Origin: an uncultured Planctomycetaceae bacterium
Lineage (GTDB): Bacteria; Planctomycetota; Planctomycetia; Planctomycetales; Planctomycetaceae
Direction: 5' to 3'
DNA length: 64,000 nt
Assembly (NCBI GenBank): GCA_963815195.1
Contig: CAWFGE010000017.1
Span: 288,001 to 352,000 of the forward strand
The translations under genes and the position numbers were made by a program. Within the stretch, counting starts at the first letter, position 1. Every line of letters begins with the position of its first letter. Under the pieces are notes generated by a model. That model ran no database searches and was not told the DNA's origin. It saw only the letters and a list, made by a program, of their open reading frames with translations. This document shows, in pieces, positions 12,136 to 22,389 of the stretch.

Positions 12136-13260
12136 TCAACACACCTTGGCGGGGACGTCTTCTTCTTCGCAGTGCACGAGAATCTCGGTCTCGGGCTTGA
12201 GATATTCGTGCCGGAGGTACGCCAAGGCGATCGGCAGATGGTCGTCGGGCCGCATGGCGTATGAGGTGACGTGGCCGATCTCCTTGCCGTCCGGGGATTT
12301 CACGATCGATCCCGGTGCGGGGGCCAAGGCCGCTTCGAGGTGAATCCGCCTGAGCTCGCGGTTCACATGGCCTAACGCGTCGATTCGCGCGATCGGCTCC
12401 TGGCCGAGGTAACAGCCTTTCTGAAAATTGACGGCCTGTTTTGTGCGGGCGACTTCCTGGGCGAGGTTGTCGTCGGTGATGTCGATCCCGTACAGCGGAA
12501 AGCCGGCCTGGATTCTGAGGGCGTGGAACACGGCAATCCCCGCCGGGCGAATGTCCGCGGACAGCAACCGGTCCCAAACGCCGGGCAGACGTTCGCGCTC
12601 CATCCGCAGCAAATAGCCCGGGGCGTCCAACCAATCCACGCGGCATACTGTGACTTCGTGCTCGCCGATTTGAGCGTTGATGTGACCGTAAAGCGGCAGG
12701 TCGGAGACATCGACGCCGAGGTCTTGAAGCGTCTCCGCCGCCTGAGGACCGTGCAGATAGAACTCGCCGACCGCATCGCTTTGCGGGACGAAATTCACAT
12801 CCTCCGTAATCACATACCGCGACAGATGGGCGATCAGCGGCTGCACCGAGTCGGCGGCCGTTTCCAGCCACAACGAATCCGCCCCGGCGAACACGAACAC
12901 ATGCCCGGCGACTTTGCCTCTGATGTTCGTCACAAAGGCTTCCCGACCTTCGCCGGGCTTGAGGTCCTTCACGGCGGCCGTGCAAAACCCGTTGAGGAAC
13001 TTCTGCCGATCGGCCCCGGTCAACTCGAGATGTCCGCGATGGCTCAAATCGAACACGACGGCCCGCGACTGGGCGGCGAGAAATTCTTTCCGCGGATCGC
13101 CGAAGTGAATCGCCTCCCAGGGCGGACCGACCGGCTCGAAGCAAGGGACCACGGGATAGCCTTCGGGGCCGAACTCAATCGTGCGGATGGAGTCCGCCAC
13201 GTCTTCGGTAAAAACAGCCCCGAGCGATTTCTGTCGGTCATGCAATGCGGAAACGGACAC
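12136..13260 (-). CDS. ygfZ: YgfZ/GcvT-like folate-binding protein
   Basis: KGCYLGQE signature, FDLSHRG..LELTGADR; RBS AAGGAG before GTG at 13260. Confidence 0.85.
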   Translation of the reverse strand: MSVSALHDRQKSLGAVFTEDVADSIRTIEFGPEGYPVVPCFEPVGPPWEAIHFGDPRKEFLAAQSRAVVFDLSHRGHLELTGADRQKFLNGFCTAAVKDLKPGEGREAFVTNIRGKVAGHVFVFAGADSLWLETAADSVQPLIAHLSRYVITEDVNFVPQSDAVGEFYLHGPQAAETLQDLGVDVSDLPLYGHINAQIGEHEVTVCRVDWLDAPGYLLRMERERLPGVWDRLLSADIRPAGIAVFHALRIQAGFPLYGIDITDDNLAQEVARTKQAVNFQKGCYLGQEPIARIDALGHVNRELRRIHLEAALAPAPGSIVKSPDGKEIGHVTSYAMRPDDHLPIALAYLRHEYLKPETEILVHCEEEDVPAKVC

Positions 13261-13308
13261 GATCAACTCCTTTCAGTGAGCGGGTGGTCGGCCTTGTTGC
13301 GGGATTTG

Positions 13309-13728
13309 TCAGCGGCGGCCCGCGACCCAAACATAAGAATCGACGGGGATCTTCCCGCTCCGCGCTGTCCGAAGCTGTTCCGAACTCCTGCCCGTCCCGA
13401 TCTCGAACGCGATCTCTTCGTCGTTGAAATTGCCTGATGCATAGTGCACCAGAAAGACAACATGCCCCGCCCCGTCGGCGGCTTTCGCGATGAGCGACGC
13501 GGCCCGGAAGTCAATTTCGACAACCTCGGCGTCCTTTGATTCCTTCCGCACGCGACCGCAACTGCAATGTCGTGCATCGCCCAACATCCAGCAGGAATAG
13601 TCGTGACCGAGTGCGAGTTGCATCCATGCATTGGAGACGGGCCAAATAGCGAACGTGTCTTCAGCATCCGAGGTTTCAACAGAAGCCCTCTTGCTTCCCG
13701 GGAGACCGAGGTAAATTCCCCAGCACAT
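13309..13728 (-). CDS. Hypothetical protein (139 aa)
   Basis: ORF fills the gap, co-oriented with neighbours, protein-like composition, HCSCG motif; family not recognised. Confidence 0.55.
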   Translation of the reverse strand: MCWGIYLGLPGSKRASVETSDAEDTFAIWPVSNAWMQLALGHDYSCWMLGDARHCSCGRVRKESKDAEVVEIDFRAASLIAKAADGAGHVVFLVHYASGNFNDEEIAFEIGTGRSSEQLRTARSGKIPVDSYVWVAGRR

Positions 13729-13749
13729 TTCGAGCCGTGTTTCCGCTAA

Positions 13750-13789
13750 AAAACGTTCGACAAAAAACTAAAACATTCGACAAAAAACT
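13750..13789. repeat. 20-bp direct repeat x2
   Basis: aaaacgttcgacaaaaaact / aaaacattcgacaaaaaact, one mismatch. Confidence 0.85.
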
Positions 13790-13932
13790 GTCCGATTATC
13801 AGCCGGAATGTGCGGGTTGTCCCAGCGAACCGGGGCGGACCCCCCTGCGGGCGGTGCCACCCTGCGGCTAATCCATGCGACAATTATGAACGCGCTGGCG
13901 TCCGGTTGTCCCAATTGAACCGTTGCAAGAAG

Positions 13933-14541
13933 TCACGCTTCGGCGAGGCCGTCGCCCAGGAGTTCCTGGCCACGGTTGCGGAGATTGGCGAACATCCGCC
14001 GGACCGTGCGGTCGTCCACGCCGAGTTTATCAGCGATCTCCTTTTGCGTGTAGCCTTCGAGCCGATATTGAATCAGGAGCTGCTGATCCGGCTCCAACCG
14101 CACGAGCACGCGTTCCAACAGGTCGGTAAAGCTTACGATTTCCTGGAGCGTCGGCTGGCTGCTTAAGCGGTTGACGATGTAACTCTCCGTGCCGTCGGAG
14201 CTCGTGGAAATCGACTCGAGCGCCGGATCGCGTTTGCCCGCCTGGTGATGCCGGACGGTGTTCCGCACCTTGTTAAGAGCCATTGTAAGCAGCAGCTTCC
14301 AGAAGTCCCCGTCGCTTTCGAATTCGAATCGGCCTTCGCGGGTGAGCCGAAAGATGGAGCGAAACACCGACTGCACCACATCGTCGGGATCGAGCCGGGA
14401 GTTGAAGCGGTCGGCCAGGTGCCGGCCCACGAGGTTCAAGAGCCTCATCAAGTAGCGTTCGTGAAGAATCGTGGCCGCTGCTTCGTCGCCGTTCCGCCAG
14501 CGGTCCACAAGTTCCGCATCGGTTAATTCCGCATTCGACAT
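13933..14541 (-). CDS. ECF sigma-70 factor, planctomycete type
   Basis: DAELVDRWRNGDEAAA, DPDDVVQSVFRS (sigma2), LEGYTQKEIADKLGVDDRTVRR (sigma4 HTH). Confidence 0.9.
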   Translation of the reverse strand: MSNAELTDAELVDRWRNGDEAAATILHERYLMRLLNLVGRHLADRFNSRLDPDDVVQSVFRSIFRLTREGRFEFESDGDFWKLLLTMALNKVRNTVRHHQAGKRDPALESISTSSDGTESYIVNRLSSQPTLQEIVSFTDLLERVLVRLEPDQQLLIQYRLEGYTQKEIADKLGVDDRTVRRMFANLRNRGQELLGDGLAEA

Positions 14542-14892
14542 CGGTCACCTCATCGCAAAAACTCACCGGAGCCGGAGCGATTCCCCGCCGAGTGAAAGAA
14601 GCCACAGCGGTCTACCCACATCTTGCGATGAACGATGGCCGTTCGTCAAGTACGGTTTGGCGATTCCGGTCAGAACGTGTTTGAAAATCTGAGCGGTAGG
14701 AACTCGATCCGCAGCATCGACGCCAGGTTGAACGCCAGCAGGCCCATGCGTCAGTGCGGCAAGTGCGCTGTAAAGTCCGCTCTTGCCTTGGGTTGAGATT
14801 TGCGGTAGGGTTCCGCGTGGAAGGACGTGCGCTCTGCCGTGGGTCCGTCAATGGAAAGGCAAGTCTTCGGTGAGTTTGGCAGGGAGGCCGAG

Positions 14893-16523
14893 ATGCGAAT
14901 GAAACGCCTGATGTGCGCGGGATTGTTGGCCCTGGCCGCGGCGGGTGGCATTCTGGGGGCGAATCAATATTTCCAACGCCTCGCCGAAACCGAAGGTCCC
15001 TACGGAACCGAGCCGCCGAACCCATCCAATCCCGGTTGGCCGCCGGCCGAGCTTTCGTCCAACGCGAGCAGCGGCGAGCAAGAGGTTTGGGCGCCAGGTT
15101 TGGTGCCGAATGATTTCGGTCCGCGCCACCAACAGGCCGAACCCAGGCTCCGATACTTTCCACACCGCACCCAGGCGATCGAGATGGCTCAAGCGGACGG
15201 GCGGAACGGAAAGCCCGCCACGGCCGACAAGCCGCCTTACCAAAGCGAGCCCGCTCCCTTGCCGATGCCCCACGAAGCCGCCCCGCTCACCAGGCCCCAG
15301 TCCGGGAACTGGCTGCGGAAACTCATCGCGCAGGAACTCCCGCAGGCCCCGCCCGAAGAGCAGCGGGTTTGGAGCGAAGAACTTCGCGGCCTCAGTCCGG
15401 AAATGGTCCGCGATATTTTGCGGATGCGAAAAGACATCACCGCCGGCCCCCAGCCGCCGGCCCTCAATGAGACGTTCCCGCCCCTGCCGGATTGGTCCGA
15501 ACCGCCGGCGAATTTGGATCCCGCAAGGCAAACGCTCCCGCCGCTTCCGCAGGACGATCTGGCGGCAGGGGTCCACTCCGTCACGAACCGGTTGGAGCCC
15601 TCGCTGAGGGCGGTGGAACAGGCCCGCGACGTGGTTCTGAACAACCTCGCAAACGCGAACACGATCGGCTTCAAACGCTCGCGGGTCGTGCTCGAAGCGT
15701 TGCCCTATCAAACCCTTCAAGCCGGCCGGTCGGAAGACGAAGCCGCAGGCCCGGGAACGTCGATGGGTTCGGGCGTCGTCCTGTCCGGCACGCCGATCGA
15801 TGCGTCGCAAGGCCCGCTCAAAAAAACCAACCAACCTTTGGACGTCGCCATCGACGGGCCGGGCTTCTTCCGGATCGAAGTCGGCTCCGGCGTGTTCTAC
15901 ACCCGCTGCGGACAATGGTCGTTTAGCGACAAAGGCGAATTGTGCCTGGCTTCGGGCGGCAAACTTCGGCCGCTCGCGCCCCGGTCTTGGTGCCCGCGGA
16001 TTCGGTCTCGGTGATGATCGGCGAAGACGGCCGGGTGACGGCATTAAAACCCGCCGAAGAGGGCGAACTGATGGTTTACAACGCCGGGCGGATCGAACTG
16101 GCCCGCTTCCGCAATCCCTCGGCCCTCAAACCGCAGGGCGGGCATGTGTTCGCCGCCGGCAAAGCCGCCGGCATTCCGATCGTCGGTCCTCCCCAAGGTC
16201 CCGGCTTCGGTTTGTTGCGGCAAGGATCGCTGGAACTCTCCAATGTCTCCCGCGATGAGGAACTCGAGCAATTCCACACCCTCCAAAGCCAATGGGAGTT
16301 GCTCCGGCATCTGTCGGGCTCGCCATCGGGTGATTTGTCAAAGGGTCCCGTCGCCCGCCGGCCGCAGGTCCCCGCGCAGCGGACCTCAGCCCCGTCCCGT
16401 TCCGCTCCACTCCCGTCGTTCGCACCTCTCAAAGCGCTCCGCAGCCGCGGCAGCAGTTTGATCGATGAATACCTGCATAGCGAGCGCGCCAAAGCCATCC
16501 GCCGCACTCTCGGCTGGAAATGA
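14893..16523 (+). CDS. FlgG/FlgF-like flagellar rod protein homolog with long N-terminal extension; apparent frameshift near 15980
   Basis: NNLANANTIGFK, LDVAIDGPGFF, YTRCG; second frame has RIELARFRNPSAL and QGSLELSNV. Confidence 0.8.
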
Positions 16524-16669
16524 ATCCAAGGACGCGACGCACACACCGGCCTGGCGTTCTTTTAGGCCGTGATGTTCGTCATGCCGTCGGGCGGCGGGCT
16601 GTGTTTTGCCGGCTTCTTCGTCATAATGGGGATCGGCTTCTTACCGTTCACTCCCAGAAGGATTCCCCG

Positions 16670-17662
16670 ATGAAAATACGCTCAGGCATTCTCTTCAGGT
16701 CGGGCCTATTGAGCCTGATTTTTGGCGGGTTTTCGATCGACGCCGCGGAGCCGCTGCCCAAGCTGCGGGACATCGAGATTGAAAGCCGCCTGGATCACAC
16801 GCCGCAACCCGCGAAGATTTGGACGCCCGCCTCGGCCGCGAAACAGCCGACGCCGCTGTTGGTCTTTTTGCATTCGTGGAGCGGGGACGTTCGGCAGAAC
16901 AATTCGCCCTGGCTGAAAGAAGCCGTGGATCGCGGGTGGATCTTTTTGCATCCCAACTTTCGCGGGCGAAACGATCATCCCCAAGCCTGCGGATCGCGGC
17001 TCGCCCGGCAGGACATTTTGGATGCGATTGACTTTGCCTCTCGGAAATACAACGTGGACCGTTCGCGGATCTATCTCGCGGGCACGTCCGGCGGCGGGCA
17101 CATGGCGATGCTGATGGCCGGCTATCACCCGGAGCGGTTCTCGGCCGTCTCGGCATGGGTGGGGATCAGCGACCTGGCGGCGTGGTATCGGTTCCACGTC
17201 AAAGCCGGCAAGCCGCTAGGGTATGCCCAGATGGTCGCGAAATGCTGCGGCGGCGCTCCGGGATCATCGCCTGAAGTGGATCAAGAATATCAAGCCCGCT
17301 CGCCGAAGTTTCATTTGCAGAACGTTGGCAAGCTGCCGATCGATCTCTATTCCGGCCTCCACGACGGCCACACGGGATCCGTCCCGGTCCGGCACACGCT
17401 GGAGGCGTTTAACGTCATCGCCAAAGCAGCAGGTCAAGCCGAGATTGCCGAGGCGGACATCCAACAATTGTTAAAAGAATCCCCACTCCAAAGCCCGCAG
17501 CCGACGGACACCGCGACAGACAAGACCTTGGGCCGCAAAATTCATCTCAGGCGGACCGCGGGAGCGGCGCGGGTCACGATTTTTGAAGGCGGCCACGAAG
17601 GCCTTCCCGGCCCTACTTGCATTTGGCTAGAAAAGCAGAGCCGTGCGACGAAAGATCGCTGA
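16670..17662 (+). CDS. Exported alpha/beta hydrolase (S9 peptidase/esterase-like)
   Basis: Signal peptide, PLLVFLHSWSG, PNFRG, GTSGGG nucleophile elbow, FEGGHE. Confidence 0.85.
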   Translation: MKIRSGILFRSGLLSLIFGGFSIDAAEPLPKLRDIEIESRLDHTPQPAKIWTPASAAKQPTPLLVFLHSWSGDVRQNNSPWLKEAVDRGWIFLHPNFRGRNDHPQACGSRLARQDILDAIDFASRKYNVDRSRIYLAGTSGGGHMAMLMAGYHPERFSAVSAWVGISDLAAWYRFHVKAGKPLGYAQMVAKCCGGAPGSSPEVDQEYQARSPKFHLQNVGKLPIDLYSGLHDGHTGSVPVRHTLEAFNVIAKAAGQAEIAEADIQQLLKESPLQSPQPTDTATDKTLGRKIHLRRTAGAARVTIFEGGHEGLPGPTCIWLEKQSRATKDR

Positions 17663-17698
17663 CAACGGAGCGGCAACGGGAACGACTTTCGCCAGGAT

Positions 17699-18445
17699 TC
17701 AATCCATCCCCAAGTCGTGAATCAATCGACTGTGAAAAGCGATCTCATCCGCATCGGCGCTCAGTGCGGCAACAAGGATTTCAACAAGCTTTTCCCAAAC
17801 CGCCAGTGAACGCTCGTCAAACGCGATTTCCACGCGCTCGCAAATCTCCCGATAATTCGTTGCGAGAATCATTCGGCAGAGATCTTTGACGGTCCTCATC
17901 CGTGATGGAAAGTTCGTGCGATAGGGGGTGCAGATTTTCAAGATCTTGAGATAGGTTTCGCTGACCATCCAGATTCCGACAAATCCCAACAACGGCCAGA
18001 CCCACTTCGCAACGCCCATCTGCCAGATGTGGAATTGCTCGATGAAAGCGACTCCCACAGCGAGCCAAAATCCAATCCGACGGACCGCCTTGGGGTAGTC
18101 GAGTTCTCTCACGTGGTACGGACAGGATTCGCGAAGCCGGTTCCATGTTTCCCGGCGGCTCGGCTTGGGAAACAGCGATTCCAACGTCGTTCCCAATTCG
18201 ATTTCCTCAGCCGGCAATCCCGTGACCACACGGAGCGTACTTTGAATCTCCCGCCAGAGATGGTAGTTCAATTCAATGTCGTTCCGCGTGAGATCGCATA
18301 AACCTAATTTGTTCAAGATCAGACTATACAAATCCCCGACCGTAACATCTCGATGGCGAGTTATTTTCTCCCATTCCTCCAAGCGGAATCTAACCCCGAG
18401 TTCTTTCTCGATGCGAAACGTAATGTCGAGAAAATCGATGCCCAT
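17699..18445 (-). CDS. Acyl-carrier-protein-like membrane protein, circularly permuted
   Basis: Begins MGIDFLDITFRIEKELGV...TVGDL and ends VWEKLVEILVAAL...EI...SRLIHDLGMD; two central hydrophobic segments. Confidence 0.7.
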   Translation of the reverse strand: MGIDFLDITFRIEKELGVRFRLEEWEKITRHRDVTVGDLYSLILNKLGLCDLTRNDIELNYHLWREIQSTLRVVTGLPAEEIELGTTLESLFPKPSRRETWNRLRESCPYHVRELDYPKAVRRIGFWLAVGVAFIEQFHIWQMGVAKWVWPLLGFVGIWMVSETYLKILKICTPYRTNFPSRMRTVKDLCRMILATNYREICERVEIAFDERSLAVWEKLVEILVAALSADADEIAFHSRLIHDLGMD

Positions 18446-18526
18446 TGGGCGAACATCCATGTTTACGTAGACCGGCGCATTGCCGCTTGCGCTACGCTTC
18501 TACTCGAAGCAGATCTCAGCTTCCCA

Positions 18527-19585
18527 TCACGCGACGGAGGTTTCCATCACCGGGGCGGCGAGTGGCTCTGCTTCGTCGGATTCCGTGGCTTCGGTTGTGC
18601 TCCGGCTGGATTTTTCGGGGAGGCGGTCGCGGACATCATAGGCCTGGCCCACGAATTTCAAGGCTTTGATCGCCCACCAGGTCATGTCGATTTCCCACCA
18701 GCGATGCCCGGCGGGGGCGAGGCTGGGATGGGCGTGGTGGTTGTTGTGCCAGCCTTCGCCGTAGCTCAAAACCGCCACCCACCACAAATTGCGGGACGCG
18801 TCGCGGGTGTCGTAATTGCGGTAGCCCCACAGATGCGTGGCCGAGTTGACGAACCACGTGCTATGGTAGGCGAAGACCATCCGCACGCACAGGCCCCATA
18901 AGAGCATGGGCAGCCCGCCAATGGCGAGCAGCGTCAAACCGGTCGCGACCAGCCAGAAAAACTCCGTCTTCTGGAAGAACTTCAGCAGCGGGCGCTGAGC
19001 CAGTTCGGGGATGTATTGCCGGTACATTTTTTCGCGGTGTCCCGGTTTTTGATGCAGGAACAACCAGAGAATGTGGGACCAGAACGTGCCGTCGAACGGG
19101 GAATGCGGGTCGCCTTTGAGGTCGGACCGCTGATGATGCACGCGGTGCACCGCCGCCCATTGCAGCGGCGAGCCTTCGCCGGAAATCGCTCCGCAGAGCA
19201 GCGTAAAAAACTCAGCCGGTTGTTTGAGCTTGAGGGACTTATGGGCCAGGTAGCGGTGATAGCCCAGGCAGATCCCGATGCTGCACGTCACCCAATGCAG
19301 GACCACGCAGACGGCCAAGGCCGACCAGCTAAAAAAGAACGGAGCCGCGAGCGCCCCGGCGTGAATCATGACCATCCAGCCGAAGACGATCCAGTCGATG
19401 TTCTTGAGTTTCAAATGGCTGGGGTCGAACGAATCCAAAATCGCCGCCTTTTCGCGGGCGGCATCGCTTTGTTGGGGGGCGGACTTTTGCTGGGCTGCTT
19501 GTATTTCAAGCCATTCCGCCGCGGTCAATTCCTCGGCGTCGGCATCAAGGACGGGAGTCGAAGTCTCAAAGGTCTCAGCGGGCAT
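18527..19585 (-). CDS. Delta-9-type membrane fatty acid desaturase
   Basis: His boxes GYHRYLAH, WAAVHRVHH, GEGWHNNHH; DPHSP; WFVNSATH. Confidence 0.95.
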   Translation of the reverse strand: MPAETFETSTPVLDADAEELTAAEWLEIQAAQQKSAPQQSDAAREKAAILDSFDPSHLKLKNIDWIVFGWMVMIHAGALAAPFFFSWSALAVCVVLHWVTCSIGICLGYHRYLAHKSLKLKQPAEFFTLLCGAISGEGSPLQWAAVHRVHHQRSDLKGDPHSPFDGTFWSHILWLFLHQKPGHREKMYRQYIPELAQRPLLKFFQKTEFFWLVATGLTLLAIGGLPMLLWGLCVRMVFAYHSTWFVNSATHLWGYRNYDTRDASRNLWWVAVLSYGEGWHNNHHAHPSLAPAGHRWWEIDMTWWAIKALKFVGQAYDVRDRLPEKSSRSTTEATESDEAEPLAAPVMETSVA

Positions 19586-19724
19586 TGGGGAATCCTGTTC
19601 GGAGTGCAAAAATCGAGGTGGGTTTCAAAGGAGGGATGCACAAGGTCAACTCGCTTCGCCGCCCCACGCCGGGGCAATAGAAGTGAGGACTCTACAGCAA
19701 GTCTAGCGTGGAAACAATCGCAGA

Positions 19725-19763
19725 CTGTCAGGCCACCGTCAAACTTCTGTCAAAGTTATGTCA
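19725..19763. promoter_or_regulatory. Four GTCA-core direct repeats at 11-bp period (PhoB/OmpR-type box) upstream of desaturase
   Basis: ctgtca 19725, ccgtca 19736, ctgtca 19747, atgtca 19758. Confidence 0.55.
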
Positions 19764-20006
19764 ACAACCTAACCGCTTGATGTAAAATAAGTTGCGGAAA
19801 AGGACAACCGAGGAAAACCCGGCGAAAAATCGCCCGGCATGCCGGCGGGATTTGCGACAGCGCGCTGAATCGCCTGTTCAGGCGGGACGTTCCGGAGCCA
19901 GCCCCTCATCGATTCTCGCGACCAAGCCGTGGTGAATCGCCGGATCATTCAAACCGCGGCCGAGAGTTGGCCCGACGCCTATCTTGTCGCGAAGGCTACG
20001 ATTTCG

Positions 20007-22150
20007 CTATTCAGAGATGGATGACGTTCCACGATCGGCGAGGGCTCGGGCATAACGGCCCAAGGCCATCAGCGGGAAGTAGATCCGGTACAGGTGATAT
20101 TTGAGATAAAACACCTTCGGAAAGCCGGTGCCGGTCCACCAGGGCTCGTCCCAGGTGCTGTCCTCTTGCTGCGTGTCCAAGAGATATTGGACGCCTCGGC
20201 GGGCGGCTTCACTGTCGGCTTCGCCCGCGGCAATCAGGCCCAGCAGAGCCCAGGCGGTTTGCGACGCGGTCGCCGGGCCTTGGCCGCGGAGACTGGGATC
20301 GTCATAACTTCGCGGCGTTTCGCCCCAGCCGCCAGACTCTTGCTGCTTGGACTTGAGCCAATCCGCGGCGGCCCCGATCCGCGGATCGCTCGCGGGGATG
20401 CCGATCTTCGCGAGCCCGACCAGACATTGCCAGGTTCCATAAATGTAATTCACGCCCCACCGCCCGTACCACGCGTGGTCGGGCTGCTGGTCGTTCCACA
20501 CGAACTCCAAAGCCCGCTGGATGGCCGGGTGCGCGGTGGAGAGATTCAAATGGGCGAACATCTCCACGATGCGGGCGGTGATGTCGGCGGTCGAGGGATC
20601 GATCATCGCGTTGTGATCGGCGAACGGCACGCGGGTGAAAATCTCGCGGTCGTTGTTCGCGTCGAACGCCCCCCAGCCTCCGTCCCGGCTCTGCAGCGCG
20701 AGAATCCATTTCGCCCCCCGCCAGATCGCGTTCAGCATCGGCGAAGCCGTCTCCACATCCTGGCAGGCTTTCGCGGAGGTGGCGCTTCGGCCGGAGACCA
20801 CGGCGGCGGCGTCGCGGTCGGCGGCGTGCGGACTCCAATCCCCCAACAAATACTGCGAGTTCCACGTCTCCCGCTCCGTGTCGCCGCCGGGCAGGCAGCG
20901 GGCCAAAGCCATCACCACCATGCTCGTGTCGTCCACGTCGGGATAGAATTCGTTGTTGAACTCAAAAAACCAGCCGCCCGCTTCCATGTGCGGCTTGAGC
21001 ACCGACCAGTCCCCCTTGGTGCGGACCTCTTTGGAGAGAAGCCAGGCGACGGACTTTGCGATCGCGGGATGCTCGCGGGAGACGCCGGCGTCGCGGAGGG
21101 CGATCGTCGCAATCGCGGTGTCCCACACGGGGGACTTGCAAGGCTGCAGGCGGATCGTGTCGCGTTCCCGGATCATCAAGGCATCGAGTTCGCCCATCGC
21201 GCAGCGGACTTCCGGGGACTCCTCCGAAAATCCCAAGCATTTGAGTGCGACCACGCTCCAGATGATCGGCGGAAAGATCGCCCCCAAGCCGTCGCTGTTC
21301 TCGAACCGTTCGATCATCCAGTCCGCGGCTTTCTTGATGGCGATGCCGCGCAAAGGCCTGAGGCGGAGCGTTTCCAGGACCTTCAGGCCCCGGTCGAGTT
21401 GCCGAAACAGCCAATCCCAATCGATCAGCGTTTTATGCGACAACTCATCGACGACTTCGGATTTGTCCATGCAGATGGAGAGGTCTTCCGGGCGGCCGAG
21501 GAACAGTTCATCGATGCGATGTTCTTCCGGCAACGGGCGGACCGGACGATAAGCCCACAACAGCGACAAAGGCACCAAAATCGTGCGGGACCACGAGGAC
21601 ATCTCGTAGATGTTAAATGGCATCCACCGCGGGATGAGCATCAACTCCGGCGGCACCGCCGGGCATTGCGAATAGCGGATCATCCCCAGGAGCGCCAAGT
21701 AATACCGCGTGAAGCTGTTGACCTTCTCGGCACCGCCCGCCGCGCGGACGGCTTCGCGGGCGCGGACCATCGGCTCGGAATCCGGATCGTGACCCGTAAT
21801 CTTCAGAGCGAAATAAGCTTTGACGGAGGCGGAGATTTCCATCGGCCCGCCGGGATAAATCGACCAGCCGCCTTCGGGAAGCTGCTTCTCGAGCATGTAG
21901 TTCGCGCACATCCGCGCGACGTCCGAGCCTTCGCGCCGAGAAACGCGAGGAGCAGGATGTATTCCGATTCGAGGATCGTGTCGCCTTCGAGTTCCCCGAC
22001 CCAAAACCCGTCCTCGTGCTGCTGCCCTAAAAGATAGTCGCGGGTGCGGACGAGGGCCTCGGCCAACCGGCCTTCGCCTAAAGAGAGAAAGGGGCCAGAG
22101 TCCACCGCCGATGTGGAAGGGGTTCCTCCTGCGTTGGGAACGTCCATCAT
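20007..22150 (-). CDS. shc: Squalene-hopene cyclase; apparent frameshift near 21935
   Basis: QHEDGFWVGELEGDTILESEY, QPCKSPVWDT, FYPDVDDT (DxDD), QW repeats, GRWGVNYIYGT, TGTGFPKVFYLKYHLY. Confidence 0.95.
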
Positions 22151-22331
22151 GTCAAAACGATTTCGCCGCGCGCAAGCCAGCCTGAACTCATTCCAGGTGT
22201 CCCACAAAAACCAGAAAACGCCCCTTCCTCCTGCCGGACGGACTAGAACCTGCATGTTAAAAGGGAAAGGAAAACAGAGCAACCTCAAACGCCATGTTTG
22301 AGCCTGAGGGGGCCTTCCCCATTTTGCCATT

Positions 22332-22389
22332 GGCCCACAGAATCATGGTTCACAAAATCAATGTTTTGTGAACCATGATTCTGTGGGCC
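22332..22389. repeat. Perfect 26-bp inverted repeat with 6-nt loop; partial second copy near 31663
   Basis: ggcccacagaatcatggttcacaaaa-tcaatg-ttttgtgaaccatgattctgtgggcc. Confidence 0.9.
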
